IMG/VR virus record: IMGVR_UViG_3300031696_000001
Coordinates: 1 to 62,169 of that record
Direction: 5' to 3' (one strand)
DNA from: a virus
Lineage: Duplodnaviria > Caudoviricetes
DNA length: 62,169 bases
The position numbers were made by a program, and so were the translations under genes. The notes beneath the pieces were generated by a model. That model was not told the origin of the DNA. It worked only from the letters and a program-made list of their open reading frames with translations, and made no database searches. This document shows positions 35,176 to 45,060 of this stretch, piece after piece (within the stretch, counting starts at the first letter, position 1; every line of letters begins with the position of its first letter).

Positions 35176-36627
35176 ATGCCAGTAATCACCCCCCCAGGCT
35201 TTGACTTGCAACCAAGTGGTCAGCAAGTAGCCTTAGCATCAAATTACATTACTAACTTTGATTTTCTTAATCAGTATCTTCCAGATACATATGAAAAAGA
35301 ATTTGAAAGATTTGGTAATAGAACAGTAGCATCATTCTTAAGAATGGTAGGTGCTGAAATGCCTTCAAACTCAGACCTTATCAAATGGGCTGAACAAGGA
35401 AGGTTACACACTAAATACACAGCATGTACAGCTCCAGGAGCTGTAGCAGCAGCTAATGATGTATTTACTATTCCAGGAGCACAAGTAAACCCAGGAGTTC
35501 CAGCATCAAGTGCTCCAGCAAATGGATTTACAGCTATTAGAGTAGGTCAAACAGTTATGATCTCTGATGAGACTGCAGGATCTGTATTAAGTAATAAAGG
35601 TATTGTAACAGCAGTAACATCAGTAGCACCATTTACAGTTTCAGTAGCATTCTATGAGGCAGCAGGTAAAGCTATGTTGCCAGCAGCTACAACAACTATA
35701 TTTATTTATGGTTCTGAATTCCAAAAAGGAACTGAAGGTATGGCTGGATCTATCGAAGCTCAAGACTTTATCTTTGAAAATTCTCCAATTATCATTAAGG
35801 ATACTTACGAAGTAAGTGGTTCTGACATGGCACAAATTGGATGGGTTGAGGTAACTACTGAGAATGGTGGTTCAGGATACTTATGGTACTTAAAATCTGA
35901 GCATGAAACAAGACTTCGTTTTGAAGACTATCTTGAGACTGCAATGGTTGAAGCAGTTCCAGCAGCAGCAGGTTCTGGTGCAGCAGCAATTTTACCAGGA
36001 GCTGTAGGAGGAATGGGTAATAAAGGTTCTGAAGGAGTATTCTTTGTAGTAAACAACAGAGGAAATGTTTGGAATGGAGGTAACCCAGTTGCTCTTGCAG
36101 GATTTGATAATGTAATCCAAAGATTAGATAAGCAAGGTGCTATTGAAGAAAATGTTATTTTCTGTAATAGACAATTCTCATTCGATATTGATGATATGTT
36201 AGCTGCACAAAACTCTTACGGAGCAGGTGGAACTTCATATGGTTTATTTGACAATGACGAAGAAATGGCTTTAAACTTAGGTTTCACAGGATTCCGTAGA
36301 GGTTATGATTTCTACAAGTCTGACTGGAAATACTTAAATGATCCTACAATGAGAGGTGGTTTAACAGGAGGTGCAATCAACGGACTTATGGTTCCAGCTG
36401 GTTCAACTACTGTATATGACCAAATCTTAGGTAAGAACGCTAAGAGACCATTCTTACATGTAAGATACAGAGCTTCTGAAACTGAAGATAGACGTTACAA
36501 AACTTGGATCACTGGTTCAGCTGGTGGAGCAAGAACATCTTCTTTAGATGCAATGACTGTTAATTTCTTATCTGAAAGAGCTGTATGTACTTTAGGTGCA
36601 AACAACTTCTTCTTATTTAGAGATTAA
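35176..36627 (+). CDS. major capsid protein
   Basis: Position, size, strongly biased codons, strong terminator; IKWAEQGRLH, FLSERAVCTLGANNF. Confidence 0.85.
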   Translation: MPVITPPGFDLQPSGQQVALASNYITNFDFLNQYLPDTYEKEFERFGNRTVASFLRMVGAEMPSNSDLIKWAEQGRLHTKYTACTAPGAVAAANDVFTIPGAQVNPGVPASSAPANGFTAIRVGQTVMISDETAGSVLSNKGIVTAVTSVAPFTVSVAFYEAAGKAMLPAATTTIFIYGSEFQKGTEGMAGSIEAQDFIFENSPIIIKDTYEVSGSDMAQIGWVEVTTENGGSGYLWYLKSEHETRLRFEDYLETAMVEAVPAAAGSGAAAILPGAVGGMGNKGSEGVFFVVNNRGNVWNGGNPVALAGFDNVIQRLDKQGAIEENVIFCNRQFSFDIDDMLAAQNSYGAGGTSYGLFDNDEEMALNLGFTGFRRGYDFYKSDWKYLNDPTMRGGLTGGAINGLMVPAGSTTVYDQILGKNAKRPFLHVRYRASETEDRRYKTWITGSAGGARTSSLDAMTVNFLSERAVCTLGANNFFLFRD

Positions 36628-36643
36628 TAAATAACAATAATTC

Positions 36644-36670
36644 GGGGAGGAGAAATCCTCCCCTTTTTTT
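36644..36670 (+). terminator. intrinsic terminator
   Basis: GGGGAGGA-GAAA-TCCTCCCC-T7. Confidence 0.92.
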
Positions 36671-36693
36671 AAATTTAATTAAATTATAATAAA

Positions 36694-37449
36694 ATGAAAA
36701 AAGCAACAACCGCTGTTTCAAGACAGTACAGATTAAAAAGAGACGTAGCACCATTATGTTTTATGTTAGCGTCAAACCACAATAAAAGATCCTCATTACT
36801 TTATTTTGATGAAGACACTAATACCAACAGACCACTTCGTTACGCAAGGAATCAGAAAAGCCCATTTGAAGATGAGCAAGATGGAAATGCTATTTTAGAG
36901 CCTGTTGTATTTGAAGATGGATTTTTAAATGTAGATAGATCAAATCAAGTTCTTCAAGAGTTTTTATCTTATCATCCAGGAAATGGAATGATATTTGAAG
37001 AAATAGATAATAAAAAAGATGCAGCTGCAGAGTTAGAGATTGAAGAATTAATTTTAGATGCTCAACTTTTAGCAAGAGATTTAGATATCAAAATGCTGGA
37101 GACGGTATCAAGAGTTCTTATAGGATCTGCAGCAGATAAACTAAGTACAGCAGAACTTAAAAGAGATATATTAGTTTTCTCAAGAAATTATCCTGAAGAA
37201 TTTATTGATGTATTAAATGATCCTGCATTACAAATGTATGATGATGTAGTTCAATTTTTTGGAGTAGGGTATCTTATTATGAAAAATCAAAATAGAGACG
37301 TGTACTTTAACTTGATAAAAAATAAAAGTAAAATGTTAACAGTACCTTATGGAGAAGACCCTACAGATATTGTTGCTTCTTACTTCCAAACAGATGATGG
37401 TGTAGAAACATATAAGCTATTATCTAATACAATGAAAAAAAAGAAATAA
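36694..37449 (+). CDS. conserved hypothetical protein downstream of MCP
   Basis: RPLRYARNQKSPFEDEQ. Confidence 0.8.
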   Translation: MKKATTAVSRQYRLKRDVAPLCFMLASNHNKRSSLLYFDEDTNTNRPLRYARNQKSPFEDEQDGNAILEPVVFEDGFLNVDRSNQVLQEFLSYHPGNGMIFEEIDNKKDAAAELEIEELILDAQLLARDLDIKMLETVSRVLIGSAADKLSTAELKRDILVFSRNYPEEFIDVLNDPALQMYDDVVQFFGVGYLIMKNQNRDVYFNLIKNKSKMLTVPYGEDPTDIVASYFQTDDGVETYKLLSNTMKKKK

Positions 37450-37471
37450 AAATTTCTAATTATAACTCAGA

Positions 37472-37502
37472 AAGAGCATCCTAATAAGGGTGCTTTTTTT
37501 TT
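37472..37502 (+). terminator. intrinsic terminator
   Basis: AGAGCATCCT-AATA-AGGGTGCT followed by a T-run. Confidence 0.85.
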
Positions 37503-37546
37503 GTTTATATTTGCACTTTATTAACCCATTAAAACCTTTTTATAAA

Positions 37547-37825
37547 ATGGAAAAATTTATCAAAGTTACAAATGCTCCTATTACTAATGCATTAATTAGT
37601 CTTAGCGGAGTAAAATCAATCGGTACAACATCTGCAACTGCAACAACAGTTGTGATCAAGTACATGGATGGAACAGCTACTACAGTAACAACTGCAGCAC
37701 AAGTTGCTCACAATGTTTATAATGCTATTGTTATTGCTCATGAAGCTGCTTTAGTTACAAGTTGGACAAGACCAATGTATTCTATTGCATTGCCTAAAGC
37801 TGTAACAAGTATTGTAAATGCTTAA
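37547..37825 (+). CDS. small virion protein, possibly capsid decoration (start MEKFIKV at 37547)
   Basis: Own promoter (TATATTTG 37506-37513) and terminator; Ala/Thr-rich. Confidence 0.65.
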   Translation: MEKFIKVTNAPITNALISLSGVKSIGTTSATATTVVIKYMDGTATTVTTAAQVAHNVYNAIVIAHEAALVTSWTRPMYSIALPKAVTSIVNA

Positions 37826-37852
37826 TTAGTTTAAGTATATCAGTAAATAAAG

Positions 37853-37887
37853 AGAGGTCTACAAATAAAGTGGGCCTCTTTTTTTTT
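37853..37887 (+). terminator. intrinsic terminator
   Basis: AGAGGTCTAC-loop-GTGGGCCTCT followed by a T-run. Confidence 0.85.
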
Positions 37888-37889
37888 AT

Positions 37890-37897
37890 TATCTTTG
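37890..37897 (+). promoter_or_regulatory. -7 box TATCTTTG for the tail operon
   Basis: Abuts the terminator T-run. Confidence 0.65.
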
Positions 37898-37915
37898 TAA
37901 AAATGTTTAAATAAT

Positions 37916-38869
37916 ATGGCTGCATCAATAAACGAAGTAAGAAATACTGTATTAGCAATAGCGAATAAAAATAACTACGGATATATATCTCCTCAGGACT
38001 TTAACCTTTATGCTAAACAAGCTCAAATGGATATGTTTGAGGATTACTTTTATTCATATAATAATTGGATTAATAGAGAAAATGGAAGAACTTCAGGAAC
38101 AGGATATGCAAATATAACCAAGGGGTTAGTTGAGGTAATAGATGGGTTTTCAACTCAAGTTTTTTTAGCTCAAAATATTTCTAATACTTTCTCTTTACCT
38201 AATGATTTTTATTTAATTAATAAATTATTTTATTATTCTACCCCTTTATTTACAGGAACCGCAACAACTGTACTTGCTAATTCATTGGTAGATTTTAATG
38301 CTGTAGGATGGAATACAATACCAGCATCATCTCCAACACCTAAAATAGGATCGTTAATAGTAAACACAACTACCTTAAAACAAGCTTATGTTACTGGAGT
38401 TGTAAGTACAACTCAAATAACTTTAAGTGATAATATATTTAATGTTATTGGAGAATCTTATATAATATATTCTAACACTAATATTAGGGAGGTGGAACGA
38501 GTAAGTCAAAATAAAATATTTTTGTTAACTAATTCTATGTTAACAGCACCAACTAAAACTTATCCAGCATATGTATTAGGTGGTAATATAGTTACTATAT
38601 ATCCTTCTACAATTTTAAATGCTGGAGATATACAAGCTCAATATGTAAGGTATCCACTTTCTCCAAGATGGACATACTTAAATTTAGAATTAGGAGAGCC
38701 ACAATTTGATCCAACACAATCTGACTTTCAAGAGTTTGAATTACCAGATTCTGATGAGCCTACGTTAATAGCAAAAATTTGTCAGTATGTAGGAATAGAA
38801 ATTAGAGAGGCTGATGTTTATAATTTTGGGGCAACTGAAGAAGGTAACGATACACAAGAAACAAGTTAA
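37916..38869 (+). CDS. head-tail adaptor / ring protein
   Basis: INEVRNTVLAIANKNNYGYISPQDFNLYAKQAQ resembles crAss-type ring proteins. Confidence 0.65.
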   Translation: MAASINEVRNTVLAIANKNNYGYISPQDFNLYAKQAQMDMFEDYFYSYNNWINRENGRTSGTGYANITKGLVEVIDGFSTQVFLAQNISNTFSLPNDFYLINKLFYYSTPLFTGTATTVLANSLVDFNAVGWNTIPASSPTPKIGSLIVNTTTLKQAYVTGVVSTTQITLSDNIFNVIGESYIIYSNTNIREVERVSQNKIFLLTNSMLTAPTKTYPAYVLGGNIVTIYPSTILNAGDIQAQYVRYPLSPRWTYLNLELGEPQFDPTQSDFQEFELPDSDEPTLIAKICQYVGIEIREADVYNFGATEEGNDTQETS

Positions 38870-38871
38870 CT

Positions 38872-39792
38872 ATGGCATATATTACAGATTATCAATACTA
38901 TGAAAACGGAGGAGTTATTCCTGAAGACGCTAACTGGGGTTCTTATCAATATGTAACATTAGAAAATATTGTAAATAATTTTATGTTAATGTATCAAGGT
39001 AATAATGAAATTATAAATAATATAAATCGTTATCAAGTTATATTTCATGCAAAGAGAGGAATTCAAGAATTGAATTACGATGCAATGAAAGAAATAAAAA
39101 TATTAGAATTACAAGTTTGTGATCAGTTAAGATTTGTGTTACCACCAGATTATGTTAATTGGGTAAGGATATCAGAAATGAGAGATGGAATGTTATTTCC
39201 TTTAACAGAAAATATTCAAACCAATTGGAGTGGAGCTTATTTGCAAGATCATGACTGTAAAGTATTATTTGATATAGATGGAAATGTTATTAAACCTCAT
39301 GATTCTTTCTTTGATATAGAAAGGTTGGCTGGTAAACAACAAAACATGTATTTAGGTAGTGGTCCTTATAATGGTCAGATGGGATGGAATGTAGATGGTA
39401 ATTGGTGTTTTGATTATAATGTGCAAGGACGATTCGGATTAAATACAGAAACTGCAAATGTAAATCCTACTTTTAGTATTAATAAAAAAGGAGGTGTAAT
39501 TAATTTTACATCAGTAATGTCAGGTAAGTATGTGGTATTAGAATATGTTTCTGATGGAATGGAAAATGGTGATGATTCAAACGTGAGTGTAAATAAAATG
39601 TTTGAAGATTTTATATATGCATATATTAAATACGCTATTTTAAATAGTAGACATGGAGCTCAAGAATATATTATCAATAGAGCAAGAAAAGATAAATCAT
39701 CTTTATTAAGAAATGCTAAAATAAGATTAAGTAATATACACCCAGGGAGGCTTCTAATGAATATGAGGGGTCAGAATAAATTGATAAAATAA
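38872..39792 (+). CDS. tail tubular / ring protein
   Basis: FHAKRGIQELNYD, LPPDYVNWVRIS, LEYVSDG, LRNAKIRLS. Confidence 0.65.
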   Translation: MAYITDYQYYENGGVIPEDANWGSYQYVTLENIVNNFMLMYQGNNEIINNINRYQVIFHAKRGIQELNYDAMKEIKILELQVCDQLRFVLPPDYVNWVRISEMRDGMLFPLTENIQTNWSGAYLQDHDCKVLFDIDGNVIKPHDSFFDIERLAGKQQNMYLGSGPYNGQMGWNVDGNWCFDYNVQGRFGLNTETANVNPTFSINKKGGVINFTSVMSGKYVVLEYVSDGMENGDDSNVSVNKMFEDFIYAYIKYAILNSRHGAQEYIINRARKDKSSLLRNAKIRLSNIHPGRLLMNMRGQNKLIK

Positions 39793-39793
39793 T

Positions 39794-42700
39794 ATGGCAC
39801 AATCACGTACTGATTTCATAGCTGGGAAGATGAATAAAACGGTGGACGAAAGGTTAGTTCCACAAGGAGAATATGTAGACGCTTTAAATGTTAGGTTAGG
39901 ATCTACTGAGGGTACTGAAATAGGCGCTGTAGAGAACTCTAAGGGAAATACTCTTCTTGCAGATGTTCAGTATGGTGGATCCACCTTAAGTCCTGCAGCA
40001 AGGACTATAGGAGTTTATGAGGATGGGGTTAATGAGACTCTATACTGGTTTATAAATGATCCTTCTAATGCAAACTCTGTAGTAACGGGAAAAGTAGATT
40101 TAATAGTTTCTTATAATACAAACACTTCTACTTTAATATATCATGTTATTAGTACATCTGTTTTAAATTTTGATAAAGAGTTTTTAATAACAGGAGTTAG
40201 TAAAATAGAAAATCTTTTATTTTTTACTGATGATTTAAATCCTCCAAGAGTTATAAATGTACAAAAATCACCACCAGGATATTTACAGCCTTTTGCAAAT
40301 ATAGATCTGTTAGTAGAAGAAGATATTAGTGTAATTGTAAAACCACCAGGTTATGAATATTACGATCCTCTTACACAAGTTGCTCCTTTAGGAACACCTC
40401 ATGTAGAATTACTTGATATTCTACCACCAGATCAAGATAACCCTTTATACCCTAATCAAATTACTGTTGGAGGGGAACAGAATTATATAAAAACAAGATT
40501 TTTATCTTTTGCATACAGATATAGATATGAGGATGGTGGGTATAGTGCTATATCTTTATTTTCACTTCCAGCATTTCAACCCGAATCATTTCAATTTAGT
40601 ATTCAAAACTATTTAAATGCTGGTATGTTTAATAGGTACAATGCCTGTAATGTTACCTTTTCTACAGGACCGAAACAGGTAGTAGAAGTAGATTTACTTT
40701 ATAAGCAGACAACAAGTAATGTTATATATGTAATTAAAAGATATAACAAGGTAGATGAAGGATGGTCAAATAATGACTTTCACACAATTCTATTTGATAA
40801 CAGTGAAATATATACGACATTAGGGTCAGATGAATTATTAAGATTATATGATAATGTACCAAGAATTGCTAAGGCTCAAACTATTCAAGGTAATAGATTG
40901 ATTTATGGTAATTATGTAGATGGGTATGATATTAAAGATGCTCCAGGTGGAAATGAAATAAGGATAGAATATAATACACAACCTTTTTCAGAAGATATTG
41001 CAGGAGAAAAAATAGGTGATGCTGGAGCTACTAATCCTATCGTTTCTTCTTCACCCTATACTATATCAGGTACTTCAGTTTCAGGACAAGATTCTGTACT
41101 TACATGGGATCTTTCAGCGGCTAATATTGCAGGTGGAATTCCAATAGGAACAGTGTTTAATTTTAGATTTGAAATAGCTACAACTACTACAATAAGTGGA
41201 TTTAATCAGCAATCTCCATTTACTATAAGCATGACATTTACTGCAGATCAAGTTTATGCAGATGCTACCGCTATGTGTGCTTCTCAAGAATTTAGAAATA
41301 GAATAGGAGGGTCTATAGGTCAAAATCAAGGAATAATGTCAGACCTTTATCCTTGTAATAATTCTGATTCAGGAGCTACATTATCAGATAAATTTTATGG
41401 AGAGGCAGCAGAAATAATTACAGGAACTGCTTTTGAATTAGTTAATGGTGGTAGAGACGCTGCAGACGCATGTACTCCATCAATATTTCCTGCGCCATGT
41501 AATACTACTATTATGGGTTCTGGAACAACTTCCTGTGGTCCTAATCCACCAAATACAATTCTATGCTCTACTGGTGTATTAACAGATGATACTGCTGGTG
41601 TAGATTTTACTGATCCACTTCAATTTCCACCAAATGGTATTGCTGTAGGAGATATAGTTAAAGACAATACAACAGGGTTTACTGCAGAAGCTATAGCTCC
41701 AATAGGTACTAATACTTTGGTTTTAATAAATACTGTATCTGGATTTACACCTAATGGGTTAGATGATGCTGTAGCATTATTAGAGGTGTCAGGCGCTGAC
41801 TATCAAGTATTTTCAGGAGGGGCAGGAACAGCTTCTTGTTCTCCACAGGGGTTTACATATATTTCTGATGCAACTACTACTCCAGATGGATTTAGTATTG
41901 CTCTTCCTTCTACTCAATATTATGATGGAACAACTTCAGAATATATATACTATTATTTTGTACCCTACGGATGTACAGCTGGATACTTTCTAACCTCTGA
42001 TCAAGGTAGTTTACACTCTAATAGAGATTATGAGACAGGGATTGTTTATATGGATGATCAAGGTAGAGCGTCTACTGTATTAGTAAGTAATGAGAATACC
42101 ACATTTTTTGATCCTCAGACATCTGTTTTAAAAAATAAAATAAAAGTAACTCTTGATAATAAACCTCCATACTGGGCTACAAAATATAAGTTTGTAGTTA
42201 AACCAAGTGAGGGTACTTATTTTACTATATTCTCTAATATATTTTACCCTCAAGATGGTTCTGGAAAAGATCCATCTAATGTAGATAATGCTAACGACCC
42301 AAGTTTAGTATGGTTTAAGTTGGATGGTAATAATCAGAATTTAGTAAAAGTAGGTGATGAGCTTATAGTAAAAGTAGATACAGCAGGGCCTGTTTTAGAT
42401 GAAGAGAAAACTACGGTGTTAGCAATTGAATCTTTTAGTTCTCAAGGTATTACAAAAAATTCTTTAAAAGGATTATACATGTTACTTAAGCCAGGAGGAT
42501 GGACTATTGAATCTACTAAACAAAATTACTTTAGAGGAGCAAAAAATAAAGATGCTGATGATAAAGGAAATTTTACAAAAGGATGTATTGATAATTATTC
42601 TCTTAATGTGGATGAATCATCAACAGTAAATCCTAAAGTACCTTATGATATTCCTGCTGGATCAAGTATTAGGATAAAAATTAGTAACTGGCGTGGTGGT

Positions 42701-45034
42701 GGTGGTGGTAATTGTGATAGTAAAAAATTAAAATATGACAAAAGTTTTGTGTCAACAACTGACTACCCAGATTTTCATGCATGGTCAGTAGGTGATGATT
42801 TACAAAGCCAAATGAATAAAGCTAATTCTTCTACAGCTTATGAGATGAACATTAAATTTAATCCTGCTCTTGCTGGTGGTGGATGTGTTTCTACTCAATT
42901 TACAGCTGTGTGTAAGGTAAGAAAATCTGGTAATGGAGGAATGTATTTTGTAAACTCCTGTGGTATACCAAGATGTTGGGAATGGACAGAATATTATAAT
43001 GGTCACTGTCAGACTCTTATTGAAGTAACAAGAGGAGGTTCATTATTAGTGTGGGAGACAGTTCCTTTAGATGCTGATCCAAATTTATTTTATGATGCTT
43101 CAGATTTATTAGATATTAAATCTGCTACTCCAGGTGGTACTCGAAACCACATGGCTGATAGAACTTTTGTACCAGGGCCTAATACATATACTTTTGATGA
43201 TGGAGGGCAAAATCAAAATATAGATTTAGGAGTTCCTTTAATTACAAACTTAGATTTTATAAACTGTTTTACATTTGGGAATGGAGTAGAAAGTTTTAGA
43301 ATTAATGATAGCCCTTCAGGAAAAACATTTAGTTTAGGAGAAAGAGTTTTAGCTGTTTCTAATCAAGATTTTAAAGAGGCAGATCGTTTTGCTGGAATGA
43401 CATATAGCGGAGTATATAGTGATTCTAATAATTCTAATAATTTAAATGAATTTAACTTAGGATTAGTTAATTATAAAGACTTAGAAACTTCATTTGGACC
43501 TATACAAATATTACATTCCAGAGAGACTGATATACTTACTTTACAAGAAGATAGAATATCTTATGTATTAGCAAAAAAGAATGTTATTACTGATTCTACT
43601 GGCGGAGGAGCTATTTCCTCTGTGCCTGAAGTTTTAGGAACGCAAATTGCAAGAATAGAAGAATTTGGTATTAGTTTTAATCCTGAAAGTTTTTCTGCTT
43701 GGGGAGAACAAATATTTTTTACAGATACTAAAAGAGGATCCGTTATTAATTTAAGAGGGTCAGATAGAGGTAATGATAAAATTGAAATTGTTTCTCGTTA
43801 TGGTATGAACTCATGGTTTAGAGATAGATTTAACGCTACCCTAACAAGCCAAAAATTAGGTGCTTACGACCCTTACATGAATGAGTATGTATTAACTATA
43901 AATAATGAATCAGTTCCAAGACCAAAATCTAAACTTCCTTGTGGTACTACTATTAGTCAATTAGGTAATTCTGGAACTCTTACTTATGATGTTGATTTAG
44001 GATTAAATATAGGAGATATTAATATTCCTTATACTGTAACTTTAGGTAGTATTACTATTAATGTAACTTGGAATGGAGTGGTTTATAGTTCAGGAGTTTT
44101 AACACCAGCATCAACTTCAACTTTTAGTTTTGCAAAAACAACTAACGCTCCAACAATTGCAGAAGTAGAGATTGTAGCTTCAGTAGCAAGTACTTATGAC
44201 ATTGAAGTAGAGTGTGCTCCTGAAATTCCTGTAACAATTATACAGGTAGTGGTTAACTCACCTAATTATGATACCCAAACTATACACACTAATTATAGCT
44301 GTACTGATGGTTCATATATTAGTCCCTTTACAGGAATATCTCCTTCAATATTAGTTATACCTCAACCTTCTGAATATCTAATAAGTAATGGGTTTAGAGG
44401 TGTAGGTAATTTTCCATATGATGGTTGGGATGTAACACTTAGAACTGAACAAATAAATCCTGATAATTTTAATTTTGATCCAAATATTCATAAGCTTAAA
44501 ATATTATCTTCTAATACCCTATACACTAATAGTAATGCAGATATAAATGCATTGTTAGCGGCTTCAAGTGTAGCGGGTGGTGGTGTATATACTAATCCAT
44601 CAGCTGGAATATTTCAAGCAACTGAGACAGCATTTAGTATGCCACTTGGTAATCTATATGTATATTTAGTTTGGGAGTTTGTTTTTGAAAATAGTCAAAC
44701 AGTATGTTACTGTTCTACAAGTGCACAAGATGCGTGTTGTGACTGTATACTGCCATGTGAAACAGCTTACTTTAGTCCTCAAGTGCAAGGTCAAACTGGA
44801 GTCTGTAGTGTAAATATTAATAGTCCAGGAAATCTTGGTCAATTAGGATTTAATGGAACAGGATCAATACCTACAATAGGAGATATTGTATTTGATTCAA
44901 GTAATTGTGATAATGGTAATTATTTAGCTAATGGTTTTTATGTTGTAACTCCTGGTTCAACAGCTACAGTTCCTAAAAATTGGATTCAAATAGGTGTTAA
45001 TGGTGAAGTAATAGGTTCAGGAGTATGTCCTTAA
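39794..45034 (+). CDS. tail stabilisation/muzzle protein, N-terminal part with insertions
   Basis: GKMNKTVDERLVPQGEYVDALNV, LFFTDDLNPPR, FAYRYRYEDG, GNRLIYGNY, FGISFNPESF. Confidence 0.75.
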   Translation: MAQSRTDFIAGKMNKTVDERLVPQGEYVDALNVRLGSTEGTEIGAVENSKGNTLLADVQYGGSTLSPAARTIGVYEDGVNETLYWFINDPSNANSVVTGKVDLIVSYNTNTSTLIYHVISTSVLNFDKEFLITGVSKIENLLFFTDDLNPPRVINVQKSPPGYLQPFANIDLLVEEDISVIVKPPGYEYYDPLTQVAPLGTPHVELLDILPPDQDNPLYPNQITVGGEQNYIKTRFLSFAYRYRYEDGGYSAISLFSLPAFQPESFQFSIQNYLNAGMFNRYNACNVTFSTGPKQVVEVDLLYKQTTSNVIYVIKRYNKVDEGWSNNDFHTILFDNSEIYTTLGSDELLRLYDNVPRIAKAQTIQGNRLIYGNYVDGYDIKDAPGGNEIRIEYNTQPFSEDIAGEKIGDAGATNPIVSSSPYTISGTSVSGQDSVLTWDLSAANIAGGIPIGTVFNFRFEIATTTTISGFNQQSPFTISMTFTADQVYADATAMCASQEFRNRIGGSIGQNQGIMSDLYPCNNSDSGATLSDKFYGEAAEIITGTAFELVNGGRDAADACTPSIFPAPCNTTIMGSGTTSCGPNPPNTILCSTGVLTDDTAGVDFTDPLQFPPNGIAVGDIVKDNTTGFTAEAIAPIGTNTLVLINTVSGFTPNGLDDAVALLEVSGADYQVFSGGAGTASCSPQGFTYISDATTTPDGFSIALPSTQYYDGTTSEYIYYYFVPYGCTAGYFLTSDQGSLHSNRDYETGIVYMDDQGRASTVLVSNENTTFFDPQTSVLKNKIKVTLDNKPPYWATKYKFVVKPSEGTYFTIFSNIFYPQDGSGKDPSNVDNANDPSLVWFKLDGNNQNLVKVGDELIVKVDTAGPVLDEEKTTVLAIESFSSQGITKNSLKGLYMLLKPGGWTIESTKQNYFRGAKNKDADDKGNFTKGCIDNYSLNVDESSTVNPKVPYDIPAGSSIRIKISNWRGGGGGNCDSKKLKYDKSFVSTTDYPDFHAWSVGDDLQSQMNKANSSTAYEMNIKFNPALAGGGCVSTQFTAVCKVRKSGNGGMYFVNSCGIPRCWEWTEYYNGHCQTLIEVTRGGSLLVWETVPLDADPNLFYDASDLLDIKSATPGGTRNHMADRTFVPGPNTYTFDDGGQNQNIDLGVPLITNLDFINCFTFGNGVESFRINDSPSGKTFSLGERVLAVSNQDFKEADRFAGMTYSGVYSDSNNSNNLNEFNLGLVNYKDLETSFGPIQILHSRETDILTLQEDRISYVLAKKNVITDSTGGGAISSVPEVLGTQIARIEEFGISFNPESFSAWGEQIFFTDTKRGSVINLRGSDRGNDKIEIVSRYGMNSWFRDRFNATLTSQKLGAYDPYMNEYVLTINNESVPRPKSKLPCGTTISQLGNSGTLTYDVDLGLNIGDINIPYTVTLGSITINVTWNGVVYSSGVLTPASTSTFSFAKTTNAPTIAEVEIVASVASTYDIEVECAPEIPVTIIQVVVNSPNYDTQTIHTNYSCTDGSYISPFTGISPSILVIPQPSEYLISNGFRGVGNFPYDGWDVTLRTEQINPDNFNFDPNIHKLKILSSNTLYTNSNADINALLAASSVAGGGVYTNPSAGIFQATETAFSMPLGNLYVYLVWEFVFENSQTVCYCSTSAQDACCDCILPCETAYFSPQVQGQTGVCSVNINSPGNLGQLGFNGTGSIPTIGDIVFDSSNCDNGNYLANGFYVVTPGSTATVPKNWIQIGVNGEVIGSGVCP

Positions 45035-45060
45035 TAAATAATAAAATAAAATAAAATAAA

